The notes under the pieces: model-generated
Database searches by the model: none
What the model was told of the DNA's origin: nothing
What the model saw: the letters and a program-made list of their open reading frames with translations, nothing else
Shown: piece after piece, positions 44,949-53,902 of the stretch
How positions within the stretch are numbered: position 1 is the stretch's first letter
Layout: each line of letters starts with the position of its first letter
Source of the DNA: an uncultured SAR86 cluster bacterium
GTDB taxonomy: Bacteria; Pseudomonadota; Gammaproteobacteria; Magnimaribacterales; Magnimaribacteraceae
Reading direction: 5' to 3'
DNA length: 64,000 bases
Assembly: GCA_902628375.1 (NCBI GenBank)
Contig: CACOMS010000006.1
Span: 5,200-69,199 of the forward strand
Made by a program: the position numbers and the translations under genes

Positions 44949-47900
44949 TTAGAAATTATAGTTAAAAGTAGCACCATAAATTCTAGGTTCTGTAAGGAAA
45001 TAGTTAGTGTACATTCCAGATGTATCAGAAGTTACATAATGACCTGTAACCGCAGTATTATCTGTCATGTTTCTAACCCATAGACGTAGGTTCCAAGTAT
45101 CTTCTGGATCTTCAATAAGAACAGAAGCATTTGTTTGGTACCATCCTGGTAATTTATCCCAACTTCTATTGAACTCTCTAGAGTAGCTTGAAGCTTGCTT
45201 GTAATAATCAAGTCTAGCCGTTATATCTACTTTACCTGGAGTCCAAGTCTTAGCAATACCCATCTTGATAGTATATTCCGGAGAATTAGGAAGAGCATTT
45301 CCTTTAATGTTGGTAAGAATACCATCACTAGTAGCAACTCCCATTGCATTCAAGAAGTTTCTAGATATATAAGCTGGAACTCCATTGTCATAGACTGTGT
45401 TAGGTGCTGGTATACATGCCCCTAAACCACCACATGTTGCGTAAGGTCCATTAGGATCTCCCACAGTTGCTGCAATAACACCTGCTAAATTAGCTATGTA
45501 TTGAACTCCCGTAGCACTTCCAGGGTCTATATTCTTTAATACTATCCAGTTAGGATCTCCCTGCTGTCTATCTTTTGGATCTAAAAGTATATTGTCAGTA
45601 GCTTCTGAATCTAACCATGAGAACATCACGTCTATTACGATATCCGAATCCCAAGTAGGGATATAAAGCATCTCAAGTTCAGCTCCTCTGATTTCTGCAT
45701 CAACATTAACGTTAACAGAAGAGTTATTTATGATTTTATATATTTGAAGACCTGTATAGTCATAGTCAAAGAAAGAACCATTTAACTGCATTCTGTTATC
45801 GAGAAGAGTTGTTTTAAATCCAACCTCAAGAGCATCTACTTCTTCCTTATCAAAGATTCTAGGAGTGTCCTGAGGGAAGGCATCACTAATTGGAGGGTTA
45901 AACCCACCAGGCTTAAATCCTTTTGATAAAGAAGTATAAACTAAGGTGTCTTCATTAACTTTCCAATCAAGAACAACTCGACCAGTAGTTGAATTAAATT
46001 CTACTGTGGACGGGTTACCGTTGATATTACGTTGCTCATTGTATCCTGGAGTAGGAGGTACCATTAACAACGCTCCAACTAAGGCTTGCTGAGCAGCAGC
46101 TGCACCAGCAGCATCTCCCGCAGCAGTAGCTGTTAGAATTGCTAAAGTCTGAGTGTTTACTGCTGTAGTTGCACCGTAGTAATCCAAAAGAGGCAATGAA
46201 GCAGCTGTACAAGCGTTAGCAGCATTTCCTGCAACTATATCTCCAGCAGCAGCTGTTATACCAGTTAAACAATCAGCTAAAGAAGATCTTATCCAGATTC
46301 CTCCACCTATGTTTGCTGCATTTGCTAGCGAAGTTCTATCTCTTGTAGATTTTTCATCTGTGTTTCTTCTAAGACCTACAGTCAATCTCACATCATCACT
46401 TACATCATAGTATGCCTCAGCAAATATTGAATTACGTTCAGTTTCTCCAAAAGTATCACTGTGATAGAAACCTGGATACAGAGGAGGAACATTAATAGGT
46501 GCTAATCCATAAAGAGATATGAAATCCAATGAGTTAGCCATTACATAGTATCCGCCGTGAGTTTCATTATCTGTAGCATTAACTCCAGCTACAAAGTTGA
46601 ATTTTCCGTCTAAATTTGACTGAACTTTTAATTCTAGATAATCAGTGTCGTTATAATCTGTATAAGACTTATCGTAAGAATAAACTCTATTAAAAGTACC
46701 ATAAATGTCGCCACCTAAAACACCCGCACTTATTGTTTGTTCACAGTCATGGCCACAAGCTGTTCCTGAAATAGGAATGGATCCATCAGTACCAGCTAAA
46801 GCAGCTTGAACGAGAAACATAGGACCTACATCCATATTATAATCCTGCATAATTACTGAATTACCTCCAGCTCTAGCAGCATTTAAAGTGTATGTGTAGT
46901 CTCCTCTTTCATGCGTAACGGTTAAATAAGTTTGATCTGATTCTTGTTGGAATACAGGTTCAAAATCTGAGTGCATTTGACGGATTCCCATATTCTGAGG
47001 TCTAGGATATTCATAAAGACCTAGAGCAGCTAGTGCCGCACTATTTTGACCTAATGGAAATATACCACCAAAAGAGATGTACATAGTTCCTGTAGAGGAT
47101 CCTGGGTTAATACCATCTCTTCCAAATTCATCAGAGATACATCCATATGTAGGAAGAGGGTTCTGTTTACAAACCTGATTAGTGATTCTTGATCTATCAC
47201 TATCCTCTTCGAATTTATTATGCATAAGATCAACTGAAGTCGAGTCTCCTTCCCATCTTAGGCTCACTCTATATTCTTCATTATCTCTGCCATCTACATC
47301 ACCATCTGAAAGTTCATAAAGATTTTCTGTATAACCATCTCTTACGAGAGCTGTACCTGCAACACGAGCCGCAAGACCATCCATGATTGGAATATTTACA
47401 GCAAATCTTTGCCTTTCGTGATTGTAGTTACCCACTTCTGCTTCAATGAAACCATTGAAAACATCCATTTCTGGTTTTCTAGTGATAACGTTTACAACAC
47501 CACCGGTAGCATTTCTTCCAAACAGAGTGCCTTGTGGTCCTCTTAAGACCTCTACACGCTGAATATCAAAATATTCACTTGTTACCGTATTTCCAGCTAC
47601 AGGTATATCATTTACATGCATTGAAACACCTGCTTCTCCAGAACCAGCAGTAACTAAACGTCCTATACCTCTTATTGAGAAAGAATTTCCTCCAAAGTTA
47701 GTAGGTGTAAAACTTACGTTTGGTGCATTCATTTGAAGATCAGTTCCAGCAATGATCTGCTTGGCTTTAACACCTTCTTCAGAAAAAGCTGTAACAGCTA
47801 TAGGAACCTCTTGAAGACTCTCTTCAGTTCTTCTTGCGGTAACTACAACTTCTTCAATTCCTCCTTCTGCACTTTCATCTTCTTCTTCAGCAAATATGTT

Positions 47901-47960
47901 TATCGCTGGTAAAGAAACAAAAAGCATAGAAAGAACAAAAAAATTAGTAATTTTTTTCAT
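44949..47960 (-). CDS. TonB-dependent receptor (about 1000 aa)
   Basis: ATG at 47960 is preceded by AAGGAG (the ORF-track TTG at 47987 is less likely); signal 'FVLSMLFVSLPAINIFA', plug 'EEVVVTARRTEESLQEVPIAVTAF', 'VEVLRGPQGTLFGRNATGG', C-terminal 'GATFNYNF'. Confidence 0.9.
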   Translation of the reverse strand: MKKITNFFVLSMLFVSLPAINIFAEEEDESAEGGIEEVVVTARRTEESLQEVPIAVTAFSEEGVKAKQIIAGTDLQMNAPNVSFTPTNFGGNSFSIRGIGRLVTAGSGEAGVSMHVNDIPVAGNTVTSEYFDIQRVEVLRGPQGTLFGRNATGGVVNVITRKPEMDVFNGFIEAEVGNYNHERQRFAVNIPIMDGLAARVAGTALVRDGYTENLYELSDGDVDGRDNEEYRVSLRWEGDSTSVDLMHNKFEEDSDRSRITNQVCKQNPLPTYGCISDEFGRDGINPGSSTGTMYISFGGIFPLGQNSAALAALGLYEYPRPQNMGIRQMHSDFEPVFQQESDQTYLTVTHERGDYTYTLNAARAGGNSVIMQDYNMDVGPMFLVQAALAGTDGSIPISGTACGHDCEQTISAGVLGGDIYGTFNRVYSYDKSYTDYNDTDYLELKVQSNLDGKFNFVAGVNATDNETHGGYYVMANSLDFISLYGLAPINVPPLYPGFYHSDTFGETERNSIFAEAYYDVSDDVRLTVGLRRNTDEKSTRDRTSLANAANIGGGIWIRSSLADCLTGITAAAGDIVAGNAANACTAASLPLLDYYGATTAVNTQTLAILTATAAGDAAGAAAAQQALVGALLMVPPTPGYNEQRNINGNPSTVEFNSTTGRVVLDWKVNEDTLVYTSLSKGFKPGGFNPPISDAFPQDTPRIFDKEEVDALEVGFKTTLLDNRMQLNGSFFDYDYTGLQIYKIINNSSVNVNVDAEIRGAELEMLYIPTWDSDIVIDVMFSWLDSEATDNILLDPKDRQQGDPNWIVLKNIDPGSATGVQYIANLAGVIAATVGDPNGPYATCGGLGACIPAPNTVYDNGVPAYISRNFLNAMGVATSDGILTNIKGNALPNSPEYTIKMGIAKTWTPGKVDITARLDYYKQASSYSREFNRSWDKLPGWYQTNASVLIEDPEDTWNLRLWVRNMTDNTAVTGHYVTSDTSGMYTNYFLTEPRIYGATFNYNF

Positions 47961-48106
47961 TTGTTTGCTCCTTGGATTTTCATCCAAAAATTATGGGAAT
48001 TCCCCCCAATTATTAATTTAAGAACCAAAACTCCCTTTTTGGCCTATATTTAGAAGTCATTATGCAAAAAAACACATAATTATTCTACTTTTGGTAGTCT
48101 AACAAT

Positions 48107-49783
48107 ATGAAAAACCTAAAATATTGCCTTCTTTTCTTTTCTTTTTTCGTTCTTTTATCCTGTTCGGAAGATAAATGCAGAGGAGTTGATTTAGTGTTAA
48201 CAAACGGCAATATTTATACCGGAGACGCATCAGCACCTAAAGCATCAACTTTAGGGATAATAGGTAAAAATATAGCTTTCGTAACTTCTGATAACTTATT
48301 GTATGAAAATTGCCCCAATACAGAGGTAATTGATTTAAAGCAAAATACTGTTTTTCCTGGGTTTTCTGATGCTCATGCTCATTTGAAGGGAATAGGGTAT
48401 AGGGAGATGACTCTTAATCTTCAAGGAATTAATTCTTTAAATGAGACTATGGAGGCTATAAAGGCACATGTTTTAAAATCAAAAAAAGGTGAATGGGTAA
48501 TTGGAAGAGGCTGGATAGAAAAGGTATGGCCAGAAAAAAGATTTCCTACTAAAAGAGATTTAGATCAATTTTCGAAAGAAAACCCCGTTGTTATAGAAAG
48601 AGCTGATGGACATGCGGTAGTTGTCAATTCTCTTGCATTAAAGTTGGCAGGTATAGATTCAGACACTCCTGATCCTCAAGGAGGATTTATAGAAAAAGAT
48701 GACAAAGGAGATCCAACAGGTTTACTTGTAGATAGAGCTTCATACTTAGTAGATAAATTAATCCCTAAAAATTCTAAAGAAAAAGATAAAGAAGCTTTTA
48801 TAAAGGGATTAAATAAGTACGCCAGTTTGGGTTGGACTCAAATTCATGTTCCTGGAGGTGATTACCAAGACATAGAGCTTTTGAATGAAATAAAAGAAGA
48901 GGGAAATTTAATACAAAGAATCTACTTTATGGTTAGTGATGGAGAGCCAGCTCTTAAGCTCCTTGAGGATGGCCCAATTATTGATCCCGACCATTTCTTA
49001 ACTATTAGATCTATCAAGATGTATGCAGATGGTGCACTAGGATCAAGAGGAGCAGCGCTAATCGAAAAGTATCATGATTATGAAGGAAAGGGAGTTCTTA
49101 TATTTTTAGAGAGTGAAACAAAGCCCAAGTTAGAAAAAGCTTTGATAAAAGGAATTCAAATCGGCACTCATGCAATTGGTGATTTAGGTAATCAGACAGT
49201 TTTAGATTGGTATGAGGAAGCATTTAAAGCTGTAAGTGATGAGAATAGAAGGGTTATTTCTCCAAGGTGGCGTATAGAACATTCTCAAATAATAACCCCT
49301 GAAGATCAACAGCGCTTTGTTGAGTTAGAAGTGATCCCATCCATGCAACCGTCTCATGCCATAGGAGATCTTCATTTTGCTGTGGATAGACTGGGTATGG
49401 AAAGAATAAAAAATGCATATGCTTGGAGAGATTTAATTGATAGAGGATTAATAATAGCTGGAGGGTCTGATGCCCCTGTGGAAATCGGAGATCCTAGAAT
49501 AGAATTTTATGCAGCTATATCTAGAAAAGATTTAACAGGTTATCACTCTGAAGGGTGGAACTTAGATCAAAGAGTTACAAGACAAGAGGCTCTTAAAATG
49601 TTTACTCTCTGGCCTGCAATGGCTTCATTTCAAGAAGATATTAGAGGCACATTAGAAGTAGGAAAATTAGCTGACATTTCCGTTTTTGATAAAGATTTAA
49701 TGACAATTCCTGAAGAAGAGATAATGTCATCAAAAAATGTTTTGACTATGATTGATGGCAAGATAGTTTACTCAGAGCTATAA
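48107..49783 (+). CDS. Amidohydrolase-3 (YtcJ-like metal-dependent hydrolase) lipoprotein
   Basis: 558 aa; lipobox 'FVLLSCSED'; 'FPGFSDAHAHL', 'IGTHAIGD', 'GGSDAPVE'. Confidence 0.8.
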   Translation: MKNLKYCLLFFSFFVLLSCSEDKCRGVDLVLTNGNIYTGDASAPKASTLGIIGKNIAFVTSDNLLYENCPNTEVIDLKQNTVFPGFSDAHAHLKGIGYREMTLNLQGINSLNETMEAIKAHVLKSKKGEWVIGRGWIEKVWPEKRFPTKRDLDQFSKENPVVIERADGHAVVVNSLALKLAGIDSDTPDPQGGFIEKDDKGDPTGLLVDRASYLVDKLIPKNSKEKDKEAFIKGLNKYASLGWTQIHVPGGDYQDIELLNEIKEEGNLIQRIYFMVSDGEPALKLLEDGPIIDPDHFLTIRSIKMYADGALGSRGAALIEKYHDYEGKGVLIFLESETKPKLEKALIKGIQIGTHAIGDLGNQTVLDWYEEAFKAVSDENRRVISPRWRIEHSQIITPEDQQRFVELEVIPSMQPSHAIGDLHFAVDRLGMERIKNAYAWRDLIDRGLIIAGGSDAPVEIGDPRIEFYAAISRKDLTGYHSEGWNLDQRVTRQEALKMFTLWPAMASFQEDIRGTLEVGKLADISVFDKDLMTIPEEEIMSSKNVLTMIDGKIVYSEL

Positions 49784-49813
49784 AAAAAGGGCACCTTAAG
49801 GCACCCTTTTTTT
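49782..49813. terminator. Possible bidirectional terminator (A7GGG ... CCCT7)
   Basis: AAAAAAAGGG and CCCTTTTTTT arms flank CACCTTAAGGCA; lies between convergent stops at 49783 and 49828; stem is short and AT-rich. Confidence 0.45.
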
Positions 49814-49827
49814 GTTTTTACCAATCT

Positions 49828-52368
49828 TTATAGATCCATACTAAGCTTCATGTAATAGAAAGCTCCGTTAAATCCAAAAGGAGCTTGTTCAGGATATTTC
49901 CATCCAAGAACAGTTGCTCTAGGTTCTTCATCTGGATATTCATCAAAAGCATTTTGAGCTCCAAATGATAATGAGTAAGTGTCATTAATTTGCTTAGTTA
50001 CTTCTAAGTCAATGTTGTAGATATCACTCATTTCTATCCAGGCATCACCCCAATCAAGGTATTTCCAGTCATCTACCCAATTAATTCTAGCTAGATATGT
50101 CCAGTCACCATTGAAGTGAGTTGCTGTTAAGTTCCATCTTGTTGCTGGTAGAAGGCTCTCTATTTGAGCTATTCTTCCTGCACCGATTAGATTACTTGAA
50201 GTGTTGTTAACTTCAGTGTCTACATCACTGTAAACAAATGTATAGAAAGTATTTCCACCAAATTGTTCAGCGCTGTATGTAGCTACTATGTCCATTCCTT
50301 CGGTAGTTGTATCGAAGTCATTTACATAGAAACGGAAGTTAGTTAAATCTCCTGCTCCAGGGATTCCTAACGCAGTTAAGTTAGCAATATCCGTCGCAGT
50401 TAGAGTAACGTTGTCACTCTGAGAAATTCTATCCTCAAGTTCTATTTCATAGAAATCAACCGTAATGTTTAAGGCATCAGTAGCATCCCATACAAAACCA
50501 AAGCTTGTATTTGTAGATTCTTCTGGCTGAAGCTCCTCACCACCGTATTGCATTGATACAGGGTTAGTAGGAGCTAGAGTACCTTTTTGATATAGGACTC
50601 CATTACTATCAGAAACAGTTGATATATTTGAAATATTAGCTTGTCCTGGAGTAGGGGCTCTGAATCCTGTACTTCTTGTACCTCTGATTTTCAGATTGTC
50701 ATTCGCACTGTATAGGAATGAGAATTTACTATTAGTAGTTGTACCAAAAGTATCAAAATCTTCGAACCTTGTTGCGAAACCAAGAAGGAGATTATCAGAA
50801 ACATCAGCCTCTAAATCTACGTATAAAGCATAGTTACTTCTATCCCAGACGCCAGCCATACTTGGAGAAAAACCTCCAAAACCGTTAGATCCAATACCAA
50901 ATCCTTGCAGGTAGTAAGGTCCAATTTCCCAACTTTCTTCATTGCCTGAAATTACAGTAAATTGCTCTTCTCTAAATTCCAATCCATAAGCTACGTTTAA
51001 ATCAGAAGAGAAACCATCAACTGGTACTGATCTAACAAAATCAGCATTGAAATTCTTTTCTAATTGAATGTAACTTCCTGGGTTAAATTCCGTTGGAGAG
51101 TTTGGTCCAAGAGATGCATTAACAGTATTTTTTATGTAGTAGTCAGCACTATTTTCACCAATACTTGCACTAATATCATAAGTAGTTCCTGAATCCATAA
51201 TTCCTGAAACACCTGCAGCTAAACTCCAATCCATAACAGAACCACCGAAGCTAGGAGTGAATCCTCCTGGGAACATTTCGTTAAACACGAAACAGTTTGG
51301 ATCTGCAATTATGGAAGCTAGATCAGTATCAGAAGGTGATCCAGCACCACTGGCTGGAACATTAACAACTGGACAAGTTCTAGCGGCACCTGATGTAGCT
51401 TGAGCTATATCACCTACCAATCTAGTTGTTCCGCCATCAGCAGAGAAAACTCCGCCTCTGTTGGTTGGGTTTCTAAAGAAGAACCCTCCTAATACTTTTC
51501 TTTCAGCATAATTACCGAAAAGGTAAAATTTAGATGATTCATCTAAATCAAGACCAATATTAGCAACTAGTTTTACATCATCACTTACTTCTGGAGATCC
51601 CCAAATTTGAGCAGGCTCTGGATAATTCCATATATTGGTATTACCTCCATCGTATAATGCTTGTGCATCAGCTCTTTGAACACTTCTACTTGTGGCTTCA
51701 GAGTCTTGTAGCTCTAATGAAAGATTTGCATATCCATTTGAACTAAATGGCATACCAACGTTGGCAGCAACCCTCCAAGATTCTCCGTCACCTTCCTTGT
51801 ATTCACCACTTCTGATTTCAAGTCTAGTTCCTTCAGAGCTATCATCCAGAACAAAGTTTAAAATACCAGCAATAGCATCAGATCCATATTGTGCAGCAGC
51901 ACCATCTCTCAAAACTTCTACTTGCTTCAGAGCAATAGAAGGTATTGCAGAGATATCTGGTCCTTGTGCACCATCGGAGATACCACTTCCTAAGAAAGAT
52001 ATTACTGCACCTCTATGCCTTCTTTTACCGTTTACTAGTACCAGCATATTATCTGGCGGTAGACCTCTTAAGTTTGCAGGTCTAATAAGAGTAGCTGCAT
52101 CACTAATAGGCTGTGTATTGACGTTAAAGGAAGGGACAAGGGTACGGATCATATCCGGTACATCCATTGCGCCCTGATTTACAAAATCAGAGCCAGAGAT
52201 TACATCTACAGGTGCAGGTGAATCTCCTACAGACCTAGCATCTCTTCTTGAACCAACTACAACTACTTCTTCTTCGGCTTCTTCAGCAAAAGAAACTGGT
52301 GAAAAAGTAGGAATAGCTAGTAAAGGCAGAGAAAATAAAAGGCCTTTTAAAATATTAAATTTTTTCAT
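49828..52368 (-). CDS. TonB-dependent receptor
   Basis: 846 aa; signal peptide, plug 'EEVVVVGSRRDARSVGDSPAPVDVISG', 'NLRGLPPDNMLVLVNGKRRH', 'VEVLRDGAAAQYGSDAIAG'. Confidence 0.9.
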   Translation of the reverse strand: MKKFNILKGLLFSLPLLAIPTFSPVSFAEEAEEEVVVVGSRRDARSVGDSPAPVDVISGSDFVNQGAMDVPDMIRTLVPSFNVNTQPISDAATLIRPANLRGLPPDNMLVLVNGKRRHRGAVISFLGSGISDGAQGPDISAIPSIALKQVEVLRDGAAAQYGSDAIAGILNFVLDDSSEGTRLEIRSGEYKEGDGESWRVAANVGMPFSSNGYANLSLELQDSEATSRSVQRADAQALYDGGNTNIWNYPEPAQIWGSPEVSDDVKLVANIGLDLDESSKFYLFGNYAERKVLGGFFFRNPTNRGGVFSADGGTTRLVGDIAQATSGAARTCPVVNVPASGAGSPSDTDLASIIADPNCFVFNEMFPGGFTPSFGGSVMDWSLAAGVSGIMDSGTTYDISASIGENSADYYIKNTVNASLGPNSPTEFNPGSYIQLEKNFNADFVRSVPVDGFSSDLNVAYGLEFREEQFTVISGNEESWEIGPYYLQGFGIGSNGFGGFSPSMAGVWDRSNYALYVDLEADVSDNLLLGFATRFEDFDTFGTTTNSKFSFLYSANDNLKIRGTRSTGFRAPTPGQANISNISTVSDSNGVLYQKGTLAPTNPVSMQYGGEELQPEESTNTSFGFVWDATDALNITVDFYEIELEDRISQSDNVTLTATDIANLTALGIPGAGDLTNFRFYVNDFDTTTEGMDIVATYSAEQFGGNTFYTFVYSDVDTEVNNTSSNLIGAGRIAQIESLLPATRWNLTATHFNGDWTYLARINWVDDWKYLDWGDAWIEMSDIYNIDLEVTKQINDTYSLSFGAQNAFDEYPDEEPRATVLGWKYPEQAPFGFNGAFYYMKLSMDL

Positions 52369-52631
52369 ATTTATCCCTAGTTAGTTATTAAAAGAGCAGA
52401 AAAGGAAATCTTCAAAATCAGAATAAGCCCAAATAAGCTCCCCATTAACTCATTATATTGTAGTTTCAAAATAAAACCCATTTTCATAATATATTACCCT
52501 TCAAATGAAGGTTTTCTATAAATCCTGGGAATTACTCTTCCGTTTTAGCTCTTTCTTTTTTGTCGCGGCAATAGGATCAAATCACGACGGAGCTATAATA
52601 AGTAGGTTGAAAGAAAAGTAAAGAAAAAAGA

Positions 52632-53093
52632 ATGAAAAATCAGCAAATAGATAAGATTTTTATGAAGGAAGCTCTTCAAGAAGCAAAGAAAGCATACAAA
52701 GAAGAAGAAGTGCCAGTTGGTGCAGTTATTGTTTTTAATGAAGAGATTATTGGAAGAGGTAGAAATAGATCGGTTAAAAATAATGATCCTTCAAGTCATG
52801 CTGAAGTCGAGGCAATAAGAAATGCATCTAAACACCAAAATAACTATAGGCTTAATGATTGCACCTTATACACTACTTTAGAGCCTTGTATGATGTGTGC
52901 AGGACTAATTATTCAAGCAAGAATAAAAAGAGTGATCTATGCTGCTTTAGATCCCAAGTCTGGAGTTATAGAAAGTAACGAAAGAGCCTTAGAAAAAGAT
53001 TTTTTAAATCATAAAACTGAATTCTATAAGGGCTTTTATGAAGAAGAGAGCTCTAAATTATTGAAAGATTTTTTTAAAACTAAGAGAAACTAG
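52632..53093 (+). CDS. tadA: tRNA adenosine(34) deaminase
   Basis: 153 aa; 'EVPVGAVIV', 'HAEVEAI', 'TLEPCMMCAG'. Confidence 0.9.
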   Translation: MKNQQIDKIFMKEALQEAKKAYKEEEVPVGAVIVFNEEIIGRGRNRSVKNNDPSSHAEVEAIRNASKHQNNYRLNDCTLYTTLEPCMMCAGLIIQARIKRVIYAALDPKSGVIESNERALEKDFLNHKTEFYKGFYEEESSKLLKDFFKTKRN

Positions 53094-53902
53094 ATTTTAA
53101 AGTTAGCCCATATAGGTGCGTGATCTGAAGGTTTCTCCATTCCTCTGGCTTCATAGTCTATTCCTACATCCTTTAAAGTTGGAGCCAGACTATCCGTTAT
53201 CCAGATTTGATCAATTCTTAATCCTCTTTTTGGAACATCATCAAAGCCTCTGCTTCTATAATCAAACCAACTAAATAAGTCGTCAACTTCGGGGTTAATT
53301 AATCTAAATGAATCCTTTAGTCCCCAATCAGTGAGATTTTTTAACCACTCTCTCTCTTCAGGAAGGAAACTGCATTTGCCGGTACTTAGCCATCTCTTTC
53401 TATTTTGTTCTCCAATCCCTATATCTATATCTTGAGGCGATATATTTAAATCTCCCATAACTATCAGGTTTTGACTAGGTGAGTGATTGCTTTTCAGGTG
53501 GTTTATTAAATCCCCATAGAACTTTTCTTTATAAGGGAATTTTATAGGATGTTTTCTTTCCTCTCCCTGAGGAAAATATCCATTCAAAATAAAGATAGAA
53601 TCACTCTTTGTTTTGAACTCTCCCCAAACAAATCTTTTTTGGGATTCATCAGTATCTGACTCAAATCCTTTTCCAGATGCAATCAAGTCCTTTTTATAAA
53701 GAAGGGAAACCCCATAATGACCCTTTTGACCATGTGTTATTGACTTATACCCCATTTCTTCAATCATTTCATGCGGGTATTCATCATCATGGACTTTAGT
53801 TTCCTGGAGTCCAATTACATCTGGTTTGTGATTTTTTATAAGAAATTCCAACTGGTGTGGTCTAGCTCTTACACTGTTTATGTTGAAAGAGATTATCTTC
53901 AT
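53090..53902 (-). CDS. xthA: Exodeoxyribonuclease III
   Basis: 270 aa; 'SFNINSVRAR', 'GLQETKV', 'MGDLNISP', 'PSDHAPI'. Confidence 0.9.
   Translation of the reverse strand: MKIISFNINSVRARPHQLEFLIKNHKPDVIGLQETKVHDDEYPHEMIEEMGYKSITHGQKGHYGVSLLYKKDLIASGKGFESDTDESQKRFVWGEFKTKSDSIFILNGYFPQGEERKHPIKFPYKEKFYGDLINHLKSNHSPSQNLIVMGDLNISPQDIDIGIGEQNRKRWLSTGKCSFLPEEREWLKNLTDWGLKDSFRLINPEVDDLFSWFDYRSRGFDDVPKRGLRIDQIWITDSLAPTLKDVGIDYEARGMEKPSDHAPIWANFKI

Noticed and set aside
51692-52177. 161-aa ORF antisense to the 846-aa TonB-dependent receptor
   Set aside because: It is nested opposite a confident CDS and shows no motifs. It is a shadow ORF.
52505-52621. 38-aa ORF (MKVFYKSWELLFRFSSFFFVAAIGSNHDGAIISRLKEK) just upstream of tadA
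   Set aside because: It has no Shine-Dalgarno sequence and is very short, in an AT-rich region where such ORFs arise by chance. It is kept only as a note within the long-intergenic finding.
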